From contig MWCD01000001.1 in NCBI GenBank assembly GCA_002069885.1, positions 67,795 to 131,794 on the forward strand: DNA of 64,000 nt. Direction: 5' to 3'. The DNA comes from a bacterium ADurb.Bin236. GTDB lineage: Bacteria; UBP15; UBA6099. Within the stretch, counting starts at the first letter, position 1. Each line of letters starts with the position of its first letter. Shown piece after piece: positions 10,419-19,766 of this stretch. The position numbers and the translations under genes were made by a program. The notes beneath the pieces were generated by a model. That model was not told where the DNA came from. It made no database searches and worked only from the letters and a program-made list of their open reading frames with translations.

Positions 10419-10802
10419 TCATGTCATTTCGATAAATTCCAATTGATCTCCGACGCTGATTTTGAATTTTTCGATTGTTCCTTTCGGCAGTTCTATTAAT
10501 GTATTTGTCTCTGATCCAGCTATAAAAATCCTTCCCGGCACCATGTTTTCCTTCAAATTGCAAATCGCCCCAGACGCATTTAAACACACCACATCGATAT
10601 AAAACATCATGAAAAACGTATGAATCGAATTGCATCTCGGGAAAATCATCCCGTCAAACCCGTCAAAACTCTTTTTTAGCATCAATCCCGAAAATCTTTC
10701 CCAAAACGACCTCGCCAAAATCGCTCTTTCAGCAATTATACTTTTTGTTAAGCCATTATTTTGCTTCTTCAGCGCGATAAACATATAGCCACCGTTTAAC
10801 AA
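10419..10802 (-). CDS. DUF192-family protein
   Basis: This is a small protein with DUF192-like conserved blocks (ARSFWERFSGLMLKK, GMIFPRCNSIHTFFM, IELPKGTIEKF). AT-rich spacers flank it on both sides. Confidence 0.5.
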   Translation of the reverse strand: MLNGGYMFIALKKQNNGLTKSIIAERAILARSFWERFSGLMLKKSFDGFDGMIFPRCNSIHTFFMMFYIDVVCLNASGAICNLKENMVPGRIFIAGSETNTLIELPKGTIEKFKISVGDQLEFIEMT

Positions 10803-10977
10803 ATACTATTTACCCAAAATCTTCTTAAATCATAGGATTATTTAAAACATATAGTTACAAGTTAGATATTTGTAATCATTAGCGCATAACAAGTAAAACA
10901 CAAAATTATGTTATTTTACATATGGACAAATTGGACATTGATGGCTGTGCATATTAAAAATTAAATCAAATAACAAT

Positions 10978-13134
10978 CTACTTTTTAAAAATAACGCAAA
11001 AAGTGTCGATGCCGGGGAAAGCGGATATTTCCATTTCGGCGAATGATTTCATTTTTTCCGGGTCGCCAAGCTTGGAAAGTTCGATGACTTTTCCGGCAAA
11101 CACGAGATATGTCTGTTTGACTATCGCCCCGCCGTCGCCGAATGTCGTTGCGCGCGATATGGCGTCGGAAAGGTCTTGCGCCATATTGCTTCTAGCGCCA
11201 AGAACGATGAAGGCGTCCGGAATGGTCAGTCTGGCCAAGCCGTACATATCGACGACCACCGCCGGAGTGAGCGTTTTGCCGCCCAGACCGAAGATGCCTT
11301 TTTTCCGGTTTTTTGCGGAAAAAACGCGCGAGGCCGAATCCTCGTAAATGAGCGACACGTCGCTATTCTCAGCGCCTAGCGCCGCCGTCGCGGCTCGCTT
11401 CGCTTCTTCAAGATTTATCTTATCCGAGCCGCGCGAAGCCACCAGCGACGCCGACCCGGAGCCTGAAGCGCGCAACGTGTTTCTCTGTTTATCTATTTCG
11501 ACTTCGATCTCGATTGAATCAGGGTCCGCGCCGGAACCAATCATAGCGGCGTGCATTTCCGCTCTGATGGCGGCGACATCGTCGTCCGTCGCGTCCACGA
11601 CGCTTTTTTCGATGACGTTTTTCAGCATCGCCATAGCCGCGCCTACGGCAGAAATCACTTCCGCGTCTTTTGCGTGGCGGTAAGGCAGGCGGAGTTTATC
11701 CGCCGCCGGAGGAGCGACGACCGAAGCGCCGCCCCCGCCGCCTATGACGGACATCGCTGCGGCAGGTTTGTATTCCTCGCCGAGTTTTTCACAGACGGAG
11801 GATATCCGGAGAGCGGCGATATCGAGAGCGTCGCGGGCAAGAGCCTCGGCGGGCCTGCCGGTCAAGGCAGAAAGCGCCTCGAAAGCGATTTTCGCGGATT
11901 CCTTCGAGCCGGAGGAATAGTCGCCATCCGCCAATGTTCCCAGAGCGTTTGCGGCGCAAGTGGCTGTGATAGCGAAAGAGCCGCCCGCGTTGGTCTCTAT
12001 GACCGCGTAGTCGCCGGGGTCTCCGTCGCGGGGCGCGGCCAGTTTCGCTTTAGCTCCGGCCAAATCTTCGGGAGCCGCGAAACAGGCGTAAGGCAGCCCG
12101 GCTATGTGCGCGCTTCTGGGGCCTACATCTTTTATTTTGCCGCCCGACACGCGAAGCATGGAACCGCCGGCGACGCCGATTGTGCGCACGTCGAGAGTTT
12201 TTAGATAAAGGATATTGCCGCCGACAGCCGCCTGTTTGCGTTGAGGTTTTCCATCAATGATTATGCTGATGTCCGTGCTCGTGCCTCCGACTTCGACGAA
12301 GTATCCGTTTGCCATTTTTTCATATAGGATGGCGGCAGAAACGCCCGCCGCAGGCCCTGAGAGTATGGTAAGAATCGGAGAGCGGCGCATGTTGTCCACC
12401 GCCATAACGCCGCCGTCGCTGCGCATAATCATGAGGACGGGCGCGAGACCGAGTTTCGACGCTGCTTCTTTCGTTTTGTCCGCGACATCCGTCATTTTAG
12501 GCAGAATGCTTGCGTTCACCACAGATGTGCGGGCGCGCGCGCGCAGGCCGTAAAGCCCGGACACCTCGCTGCTGGCGGTCACAGGGAATCCCGCGTCGGC
12601 TATCGCTTCCGCCGCGCGCTTTTCTCTTTCGGGGTCGTCGACCGAGAACGGCTCCGCGACGACGAAAGATGCGCCCGCGCCATGAGCATTGCTGTTGCGC
12701 AACTCATCCAGATGGGCGCGGATTCCCTGCGCGGCCTCGGACGGGCTGAAAAAAAGATTTTTGACTGGAATCTTCCTCCCCGCCGCAATCTCCACGTCTC
12801 CAAGAGAAAGCTCCCTCTTCGCCTGCGCGCCCGACACGCCTTCCACCATGCCGATCAGAGTGACCGGAGCGACGTCTCCTTCTAGGAGCGCGTTCGTCGC
12901 CTGCGTCGTGCTGTGTGCGACGAACACCACATCCTCGGCCTTGAAGACGCCGACGGCCAGAAGGTCGTCCAGACACTGCCAGATGCCTTCGGCGACGCCG
13001 TTCTTTGAGTTGTGAGTGGTAGGTCGGCATACTTTAGCAAGCATGGTCAGGGAGCGGTTGTCGACGGCCACCGCGTGGGTGAACGTCCCTCCGACATCTA
13101 TTCCAATTCTTACGGTGGGAGAATCGAGCGTCAT
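10978..13134 (-). CDS. Hydantoinase/oxoprolinase-family protein (ASKHA ATPase fold, HyuA-like)
   Basis: The N-terminus RIGIDVGGTFTHAV is the signature of the hydantoinase_A/oxoprolinase family. Length is 718 aa. Its start overlaps the upstream stop (ATGA). Confidence 0.6.
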   Translation of the reverse strand: MTLDSPTVRIGIDVGGTFTHAVAVDNRSLTMLAKVCRPTTHNSKNGVAEGIWQCLDDLLAVGVFKAEDVVFVAHSTTQATNALLEGDVAPVTLIGMVEGVSGAQAKRELSLGDVEIAAGRKIPVKNLFFSPSEAAQGIRAHLDELRNSNAHGAGASFVVAEPFSVDDPEREKRAAEAIADAGFPVTASSEVSGLYGLRARARTSVVNASILPKMTDVADKTKEAASKLGLAPVLMIMRSDGGVMAVDNMRRSPILTILSGPAAGVSAAILYEKMANGYFVEVGGTSTDISIIIDGKPQRKQAAVGGNILYLKTLDVRTIGVAGGSMLRVSGGKIKDVGPRSAHIAGLPYACFAAPEDLAGAKAKLAAPRDGDPGDYAVIETNAGGSFAITATCAANALGTLADGDYSSGSKESAKIAFEALSALTGRPAEALARDALDIAALRISSVCEKLGEEYKPAAAMSVIGGGGGASVVAPPAADKLRLPYRHAKDAEVISAVGAAMAMLKNVIEKSVVDATDDDVAAIRAEMHAAMIGSGADPDSIEIEVEIDKQRNTLRASGSGSASLVASRGSDKINLEEAKRAATAALGAENSDVSLIYEDSASRVFSAKNRKKGIFGLGGKTLTPAVVVDMYGLARLTIPDAFIVLGARSNMAQDLSDAISRATTFGDGGAIVKQTYLVFAGKVIELSKLGDPEKMKSFAEMEISAFPGIDTFCVIFKK

Positions 13135-13556
13135 TTTTTCTCCGAAAGCGAATTTAAGTAAAGTATTCCTATCGCGGCGGCGGCGTATGAATCAATCTCG
13201 CGAGGTTTGAATAACAAACTGCGCGGAATAAAACCGAATGGAAACGGAAGCAGGTTATCTTTGTCGAACAACCTGACGGCTTCAAGCGTCGTGTTCTTTT
13301 CGGCAACCGACAGTATGCTACCCGGCATCGAGCCGGATTTCTGAAGCTTCTCCACAACCGAAGCGCCGCCTGTTCCTGAGCCGACGACTATTCTGTCCGC
13401 GGACGGGAACTCCTTGAGAAAATCGAGCGCGGCTTCTAGCACCGAGTCGGCGGAGCAGACAGCGCGGCGGAGCGTTTTCCCGGAAGAGTCTAGAGCCGCC
13501 AGACCGCATTTCTGCCGTCCGGGGTCTATCGCTATGAAAACAAAGCCGTCCGTCAT
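13131..13556 (-). CDS. RNase H-fold nuclease of the YqgF/RuvX (RuvC-like resolvase) family
   Basis: An N-terminal IAIDPGRQKCGLAALD block and a C-terminal DSYAAAAIG block match the RuvX/YqgF layout. Length is about 142 aa. The gene is translationally coupled to both neighbours. Confidence 0.5.
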   Translation of the reverse strand: MTDGFVFIAIDPGRQKCGLAALDSSGKTLRRAVCSADSVLEAALDFLKEFPSADRIVVGSGTGGASVVEKLQKSGSMPGSILSVAEKNTTLEAVRLFDKDNLLPFPFGFIPRSLLFKPREIDSYAAAAIGILYLNSLSEKK

Positions 13557-14290
13557 CAAACCCGTCTCGCCAGAGTCAGCCCGTGAACCTCGGCCATCCC
13601 GCCTTCCTTGAGAATCCTCGCGCATTCTTTCATCGTAGAGCCTGTCGTCATGACATCGTCAACAAGTATAACCCTTTTTCCGCGCGCGTCCGAACTCTTT
13701 CTCACAGCGAACGCCCCGCTGACGTTTCGCATCCGTTCCTGTTTCGACAGTTTTGATTGCGGCGGCGTGTTTCTGAGGCGCGCGAGCGATTTCGAAACAG
13801 GCATTCCCCAGAGCCGCGAGAATCCCCTCGCGATGTGCTCCGACTGGTTGAAGCCTCTGCGAATCCTTCTTATCGGATGCAGGGGAACGGGAACAATCGC
13901 GTCGCATTCCGGGAAGAGAGCGAACAACTCCCTGTCCGCCTCCGCGCGCGCAAGCGCCGCTTTAAGCAGGTAATCGCCTGCAGCGTAGTTGCCGTTGAAT
14001 TTAAATTGTTTCACAAGCTCGTCTATCGGAGGAGCGTAGACAAAAGGAGAACGGCAGGAGTCGAGCGGAGTTCCATCCCTGCATTCCGAACAGTCGTCCG
14101 CGAACCTGACGCCGGGAGGAAGCGGGCGTCCGCACAGGCCGCAGTAAGGGGGCGTCACGGCGACGGTTTTTCTCTCGCATTTATCGCACACGATTTTTCC
14201 GCAGGATTCGCCGCAGCACAGACACTTTATAGGCAGGAATATTGCGGCCGCCTCGCGCAGGTTTGATATGGCGTTTCGGAGAAAAAGCAT
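13556..14290 (-). CDS. comFC: ComF-family protein (ComFC-like phosphoribosyltransferase with an N-terminal Zn ribbon)
   Basis: The N-terminus has Cys pairs (CLCCGESCGKIVCDKC ... CGLCG), and the C-terminus has a PRTase motif (VILVDDVMTTGST). Confidence 0.75.
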   Translation of the reverse strand: MLFLRNAISNLREAAAIFLPIKCLCCGESCGKIVCDKCERKTVAVTPPYCGLCGRPLPPGVRFADDCSECRDGTPLDSCRSPFVYAPPIDELVKQFKFNGNYAAGDYLLKAALARAEADRELFALFPECDAIVPVPLHPIRRIRRGFNQSEHIARGFSRLWGMPVSKSLARLRNTPPQSKLSKQERMRNVSGAFAVRKSSDARGKRVILVDDVMTTGSTMKECARILKEGGMAEVHGLTLARRV

Positions 14291-14310
14291 TCAAGACCGC
14301 CGCGACATCG

Positions 14311-14811
14311 TTAAAAGGCAGGCGGTTGCGTTCCGCCGGGCGGGCGATCCCCTTCCACCCTTCCGATGATATCGCTGCTGGAGAAGCCGGGTATTTCGGG
14401 GATAATGACAAGCCTGCCGCCCCACCCTTCGACCTCGGCGCGCCCGACGATGTTTTCCGGAGCGTAGTCGCCGCCTTTCACAAGCACGTGCGGCCTGACG
14501 CGCAACACAAGCTCAAGCGGGGTGTCCTCGTCGAAAATCGAAACATGGTCCACAAAGAAAAAAGACATAAGAAGCTCGGCGCGCTCTTCTGCAGAGAAGA
14601 TGGGCCGCCTCGGCCCTTTCAGCCTGCGCACCGAATCGTCGCTGTTGAGGCCGACCACCAAGATGTCGCCCTCCCGCCTCGCGCTGTAAAGATTGTATAT
14701 GTGGCCGGGATGAATAATATCGAAACACCCGTTCGTGAAAACGATATGTTTTCCGTCTCTGCGGTATCCGGCGCAAAGCTCGCCTATCTGTTCCCTGTCC
14801 ACAGCTTTCAC
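14311..14811 (-). CDS. hldC: D-glycero-beta-D-manno-heptose 1-phosphate adenylyltransferase (the RfaE domain II half of HldE)
   Basis: The protein has the cytidylyltransferase motif FTNGCFDIIHPGH. Length is 166 aa. It overlaps the heptose kinase gene by 4 nt. Confidence 0.8.
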   Translation of the reverse strand: MKAVDREQIGELCAGYRRDGKHIVFTNGCFDIIHPGHIYNLYSARREGDILVVGLNSDDSVRRLKGPRRPIFSAEERAELLMSFFFVDHVSIFDEDTPLELVLRVRPHVLVKGGDYAPENIVGRAEVEGWGGRLVIIPEIPGFSSSDIIGRVEGDRPPGGTQPPAF

Positions 14812-15821
14812 GATGAAGCCTTTCTCCTTATGAAATCTGAGAGTTCGCCGGCGTCGACAGCCGTTGTGCCGCGTTTGCGCACCACCACGCCAGCGGCGTA
14901 GTTCGCAAGCCTGACGGAGTCTGAGACCGAATGCCCGCCGCTCAGTCCGAGCGCGACGACCGAAAGCACGGTGTCGCCCGCGCCGGTGACGTCGTACACC
15001 TGAGTGCTCATAGCCGGGATCATAAGCATTTCGGAGCTGTCGGTGACGAGAGCCATGCCGCCCTCGCCGAGCGTTATCAGCACGGACGCGGCGTTCAACC
15101 TGTCCCTGATTGCCTGTCCGGCGTCAAAAAGCGACTTCTTGTCCGTGATTTCTATCCCCGATATCTGCGTGGCTTCCATTCTATTCGGAGTGAGAATGCT
15201 TACGCCCCTGAACCACTCCGCGTTTTTAGGTTTAAGGTCGGCGGCCACGATTTTTCCGTGCTGTTTGGCAAGGTTAATCAGCCCGCTCATCAGCTTCGGG
15301 CGGATAACCCCTTTGTCGTAGTCGGAGATCGCTATCCCGTCAACTTCGGCAATCATCCGTTCGATTCTGCGAAGCATCTTGGAAGTGACGCATTCGTTCA
15401 CCGCCCCGGTGAATTCCTGATCCGCCCTCATGACCTGCTGGCCCTGAGCGATAATCCTGACTTTGGAAGTGGTCGGCCTCGAAGGGTCTATGGCGAGGTT
15501 CTTCGTGTCGATTCCCTTTTTTGCGAGAATGCCCTTGAGGATGTTTCCATTGGGGTCTCGCCCCGCCACGCCCATCAGATCGGCTTTCGCGCCAAGCGAC
15601 ATAATGTTGGCCACAGTATTCGCCGCGCCGCCCGCGTTAAAAGTTCTTTCCTTCACCACCACCACAGGGACGGGAGCTTCTGGGGATATCCGAGTCGCCG
15701 ATCCCCAAGCGTATTCGTCCAGCATCACGTCTCCGACGACAAGAATCCTGAGTTTCTTGAAGCTTTCGAGCATGTCTAGCCATTTCTTCTGACTGTCATC
15801 CGTTGCCCGCGCCTTCGGCAT
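14808..15821 (-). CDS. hldA: D-glycero-beta-D-manno-heptose-7-phosphate kinase (the RfaE domain I half of HldE, pfkB family)
   Basis: The protein shows the pfkB carbohydrate kinase pattern (ILVVGDVMLDEY, DVTGAGDT). A GGAGG RBS lies upstream. Confidence 0.8.
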   Translation of the reverse strand: MPKARATDDSQKKWLDMLESFKKLRILVVGDVMLDEYAWGSATRISPEAPVPVVVVKERTFNAGGAANTVANIMSLGAKADLMGVAGRDPNGNILKGILAKKGIDTKNLAIDPSRPTTSKVRIIAQGQQVMRADQEFTGAVNECVTSKMLRRIERMIAEVDGIAISDYDKGVIRPKLMSGLINLAKQHGKIVAADLKPKNAEWFRGVSILTPNRMEATQISGIEITDKKSLFDAGQAIRDRLNAASVLITLGEGGMALVTDSSEMLMIPAMSTQVYDVTGAGDTVLSVVALGLSGGHSVSDSVRLANYAAGVVVRKRGTTAVDAGELSDFIRRKASS

Positions 15822-15892
15822 TTATATCGTCCTCCGAAAAATTTCGATGTCGCGCCCGCGTGGATAAAAAAGCAAAAGCGCCATTCTCCGAG

Positions 15893-17095
15893 TCAATCCA
15901 CAATCGCCGCGCCGCGCGCGGGCGATGTCTCATAGATTTTCAACCGGCGGCCGGTTTTTTTAAAGTACTCTTCGGAAAGATAAGCTTTCAAAGCATCCAA
16001 TCCGTCCCGTCGAGCCAGAGCCACAGCGCAACCGCCGAACCCGGCTCCCGTCATCCTCTCGCCGATAACCGCGGGCGATTCCTTTGCCAACTCGTTCAGA
16101 ACGTCAAGTTCATCGCAACTCACTTCATAGTCGAAACGGAGGCTTTCATGCGAGGCGAACATCAGCGCCCCGAAGCGCTCCATGTCCCCTTTCAGCAAAG
16201 CCTGCATGCTGTCCAGCGTCCTCTGGTTTTCCGTCACCACGTGCCGGCATCGTCTTTTGACCACGTCCGGCAGCAGTCCGGAGAATTCCTCGAACTGACT
16301 CTCGGAAACGTCCCGGAGCGCTTGGATTCCGTGCAGTGCCCCGCTCAAAATTCTGACGCCTTCTTCGCACGCCGCGCGCCTCTCGTTGTATTTCGAGTCC
16401 GCAAGCCCGCGAGACTTGCCGGAGTCGAGAATCAGCGCGACTTCGTCCCTAAGCTTCAGAGGCGCGTGTTTATGCTCCAAGCTCCGGCAGTCAAGGAAAA
16501 GCGCGTGATCCTCCCGGCACAGACAGGAGGCGAACTGGTCCATTATCCCGCATTTCACACCGAGATAGTAATGCTCGGCCTTCTGACCGAAAAGCGCGAT
16601 TTCCACCCTGCCCGTTCCCAGCCCGTTCAGTTCGTCGATGAGTAACCCTGCGGCCACTTCGAGAGCGGCGGACGAACTCAGCCCCGAACCTTGCGGCACA
16701 TCTCCTGTCAAAGCAGCTTCTAAACCGCGAATCTCTCCGTCGTACTCCTCGTCGAAGGTTCTCGCCACTCCTTCCACATACTGGCTCCATCTGGGGCCGC
16801 GCGCGTCATATCTTTCATCAAGATCGAATTCCGCGCTCTCCCCGTAGTCCAGCGAGCGGAGGCGAACCTTCCGGTCTTCTCTCAGGCGTCCGACTATTGT
16901 CACTCCGTGGCTGATGGCCATAGGCAGCACGAACCCGTCATTGTAGTCCGTGTGCTCGCCGATAAGATTGACTCTGCCGGGAGCTTTGGCGGCTATAATT
17001 GCCCCGCCGCCTCCGAAGACTTCTTCAAAAACGTCCCTTGTTTCAGCCACTGTCGCCAATTTGAACTCTCCGATAATGCATTGCCGTTTCAACAC
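15893..17095 (-). CDS. galK: Galactokinase (GHMP kinase)
   Basis: The galactokinase signature PGRVNLIGEHTDYNDGFVLPMAI and the GHMP motif PQGSGLSSSAA are both present. Confidence 0.85.
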   Translation of the reverse strand: MLKRQCIIGEFKLATVAETRDVFEEVFGGGGAIIAAKAPGRVNLIGEHTDYNDGFVLPMAISHGVTIVGRLREDRKVRLRSLDYGESAEFDLDERYDARGPRWSQYVEGVARTFDEEYDGEIRGLEAALTGDVPQGSGLSSSAALEVAAGLLIDELNGLGTGRVEIALFGQKAEHYYLGVKCGIMDQFASCLCREDHALFLDCRSLEHKHAPLKLRDEVALILDSGKSRGLADSKYNERRAACEEGVRILSGALHGIQALRDVSESQFEEFSGLLPDVVKRRCRHVVTENQRTLDSMQALLKGDMERFGALMFASHESLRFDYEVSCDELDVLNELAKESPAVIGERMTGAGFGGCAVALARRDGLDALKAYLSEEYFKKTGRRLKIYETSPARGAAIVD

Positions 17096-17204
17096 ATAAA
17101 ATACACCCTAACCGGCGCTAATTTCCATAAAATGTTTAATCTTTGAACCGCAATATGAGACAACGCATGTCGAATCGAACCCGCGTGTTTTTTATCAATG
17201 CGAC

Positions 17205-19526
17205 TCAAAACTCAAGCCTGACGAGCGTTCCGTCGGGATGAAGAGGCGCTATGAGATGTTGAACGCCTGTGAGTCCATGCCATCCTTTGCCGATGTCTAT
17301 TAACATTTCTTCGCCGCCGGGAAGCTTGTAGAAGGCTTTTGACGGAGGGTTTTGAGAAGCTATCATCACGACCCATGCGGCCCCGTATACGCCTTCCGGG
17401 CCTGACAACAGGAATTCGTACGAATCAGGCGCCGAGCGCGCGCCGGATACGTTTCCGCCCGCGAATACCACGCATGCCGAAGCTTCAAGATTGCACCAAT
17501 CCATCGACGCGTCGACCACATCCAGAAGAATCGCGTTGCCGCCCTCCTCAACCACTGTCTCGTCTGTCACCGGCTGATACGGCTTCATCGCGTCTATAAA
17601 ACTGCCTTTGAGTTTATGAGACCCGCGCAGGGAATGAACGATAAGGAAAGGGCCTCTGGAAACCTGATGAATGTCCGTGGCGATGAAAGAGTTTTTGCCG
17701 CCTCTGGCGAGAGCCGCCTCCAAAATCGCTGCGAGAAAATCCTCGCCTGATTTTTTTTCGGCGACAAATTCGCCGGGAACGCCGGAGTAAACGAGAACGC
17801 CTTCGCCGCACCCTGCGGCCCACACAGCCGGTTGCCCATCGACAGTCATCCAGACATCGGCTCCCGCAGCAGCCGCGTTGTAAAGAACGGCTGGCGCGAG
17901 CGCTGTCAGATCGCCCAGATACGATATGTTCGCGGGAGCCTGCGGGGCGGCGGTCAGTTTAACTTCTTTGGACGCCGGTTTTCCATCCGGGCCCGGCGCT
18001 CCGGACAAAACGACTTTTTTAGCGGACGTCACGCCCGGCAGAAGCTTTTCGAGCAATGCGTCGGTCGGAGTGTCATAACCCACCTTTTTCCACCAAGCGC
18101 TATCGATGTTGTTGAAAGCGTCCTCTCCGCCCGTCAGGAAAAGGATTCCGCCTTTTTTCACCCACGAGGCGATGCCGTCGACAATATCAGAATCCTCCGG
18201 TTTCCAAGCGTCAAAAGAAGCGATTAGCAGCCTTATGCCGGGCGGCATGTAACCGGGTTCGGCCATTCGTTCTGCTGGGACGACCTTCATGTTCACGCCA
18301 GCGCGCGCGAGCGAAAGCATGGGAGCTAGATGTCCGGCTAGCCTGTCGGAGCCTGCGCCTTTCTGCCACATCAGCGTGTCGGCGGTCAACGCTCCTATAA
18401 CAGTCGTGCCGCCCGCGTACCGCCCGCCTCCGGGCATTGCTCTCTGTGCCGACCACATTGTCATGAGCGCGGACGCGTGCTCCTGCGGGATAGCGCTTCC
18501 GCCTGCCGCCCCGTATTTGTCAGTCGACAGGAATACCCGTTCTGGCCATGGAACGACCTCGTAGTAAGCCGCTCTCATTTGCATCAGCGCCGCAGCGAGC
18601 GTGTCCTCGTGCCAATCCCTCAGCTTTGCCCAACTGTCCCCTTCCCTGTCGTCAACCGGGTCGGCGAGCAGTATCAGACTTTTTCCCGTGCCGGCGGTGA
18701 GATTTTCAAAATAGTTATATTCAAGAAGCGCGTATGAAAAAACGTCGCTTTCAATTTTTCCGCCGACCTTCTGCATGCCTCTGGCTGTTCCCGTCCAGAC
18801 CTGCCCGACAAACCCGTCAACGGCGTCGAGCGCGCTTATCGCGTGATGCGGAGACACAATGCCCCACTGGGCGTAGTTCAAATTGCTGTGCATGGGAACA
18901 ATGCAGAGGACATCCGGCGCTTTTTCCTTCACATGACCGCAAAGGTCTCTGTAGAATTCCTCGAACAACGAGGCTTTTAGTCTGTTGGCCTTAAAAACGG
19001 ATGCCGGAGTGGTATACGGCCCGCGCCACGGCTCGCCGTAAAACTTCCGCCATTCTTTTTTAAATGCGTCTTCATAGCCGGTCGAAGCGAAATATTCGGG
19101 CTCTTCAGGAAGAATCGCTCTCGCTCCGGCTTCTATGTGAGCGTCCGCAAGCGATTTCATGTATTCCCGCCACGGCTCCGTGGGAGACACCCATGCCCTT
19201 CCCGGTATCATCTCGAAAGGCTGTCCCCCGGCCATCATCTGCACTATTCCGGGGTTTTTTTTGACTATCTCGGCGTCCCTGCTGAGCCAACTCGCGCTGA
19301 ACATGGCGAACGGCATGAAGCCTCTCGATTTCCATGTTTCAATCAGGCCGGGATTAGTACCGTACACGATTGCGATATCAGCCGGAAGATGCAGTTCCGG
19401 ACGCCATTCCCGGGATGTCTGAAAAGACGTCCTCGGCTGCCTTGCCCCGGCTGCTCCGAACAACATCAAGCTCCCTGATAAAACAGAGACGACCACCGCA
19501 AACCTAAGTCCGTATGTTCTTTTCAT
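17205..19526 (-). CDS. Large exported protein of unknown function (possibly a glycosidase-like enzyme)
   Basis: There is a Sec signal peptide (MKRTYGLRFAVVVSVLSGSLMLFGAAGA). Length is about 770 aa, and I did not recognise a signature motif. It sits directly upstream of galK in the same orientation. Confidence 0.5.
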   Translation of the reverse strand: MKRTYGLRFAVVVSVLSGSLMLFGAAGARQPRTSFQTSREWRPELHLPADIAIVYGTNPGLIETWKSRGFMPFAMFSASWLSRDAEIVKKNPGIVQMMAGGQPFEMIPGRAWVSPTEPWREYMKSLADAHIEAGARAILPEEPEYFASTGYEDAFKKEWRKFYGEPWRGPYTTPASVFKANRLKASLFEEFYRDLCGHVKEKAPDVLCIVPMHSNLNYAQWGIVSPHHAISALDAVDGFVGQVWTGTARGMQKVGGKIESDVFSYALLEYNYFENLTAGTGKSLILLADPVDDREGDSWAKLRDWHEDTLAAALMQMRAAYYEVVPWPERVFLSTDKYGAAGGSAIPQEHASALMTMWSAQRAMPGGGRYAGGTTVIGALTADTLMWQKGAGSDRLAGHLAPMLSLARAGVNMKVVPAERMAEPGYMPPGIRLLIASFDAWKPEDSDIVDGIASWVKKGGILFLTGGEDAFNNIDSAWWKKVGYDTPTDALLEKLLPGVTSAKKVVLSGAPGPDGKPASKEVKLTAAPQAPANISYLGDLTALAPAVLYNAAAAGADVWMTVDGQPAVWAAGCGEGVLVYSGVPGEFVAEKKSGEDFLAAILEAALARGGKNSFIATDIHQVSRGPFLIVHSLRGSHKLKGSFIDAMKPYQPVTDETVVEEGGNAILLDVVDASMDWCNLEASACVVFAGGNVSGARSAPDSYEFLLSGPEGVYGAAWVVMIASQNPPSKAFYKLPGGEEMLIDIGKGWHGLTGVQHLIAPLHPDGTLVRLEF

Positions 19527-19766
19527 ATAATTATTATAACATCGCGAATATTGCCGAATCAAAACAAATATTTCCATCTATCCGGCATATCAGCGCGAAT
19601 GATGCTTCGTTCATCGCGTATAGGGTCTTTCTAACAATGACACGGATTAAATTATTAGTTGATACCCGCACATTTATGTGTTATCTATATATGGCGTTGA
19701 AATGGGCGCGGGAAGCGCCTATAGCGTATTTTTTAATGATTAACAAACGCAGGCGAGGTTTTCAAC

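Noticed and set aside
11551-12204. 217-aa plus-strand ORF (also 11003..11347 and 12257..12553) inside the hydantoinase-family gene
   Set aside because: These are antisense to a well-supported 718-aa gene. They are Arg/Ala-rich products of GC-rich antisense frames with no RBS.
13131-13625. Longer 164-aa version of the YqgF-like ORF starting at 13625
   Set aside because: The first 23 codons are Arg/Gly-rich and overlap the 3' end of comF. An internal ATG at 13556 gives a typical RuvX length and a clean 1-nt overlap with the comF stop.
14311-15821. HldE appearing broken into two ORFs (frameshift or pseudogene?)
   Set aside because: Each half is a complete domain with its own start. The 4-nt overlap is typical of coupled genes. 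Separate hldA and hldC genes occur in some bacteria.
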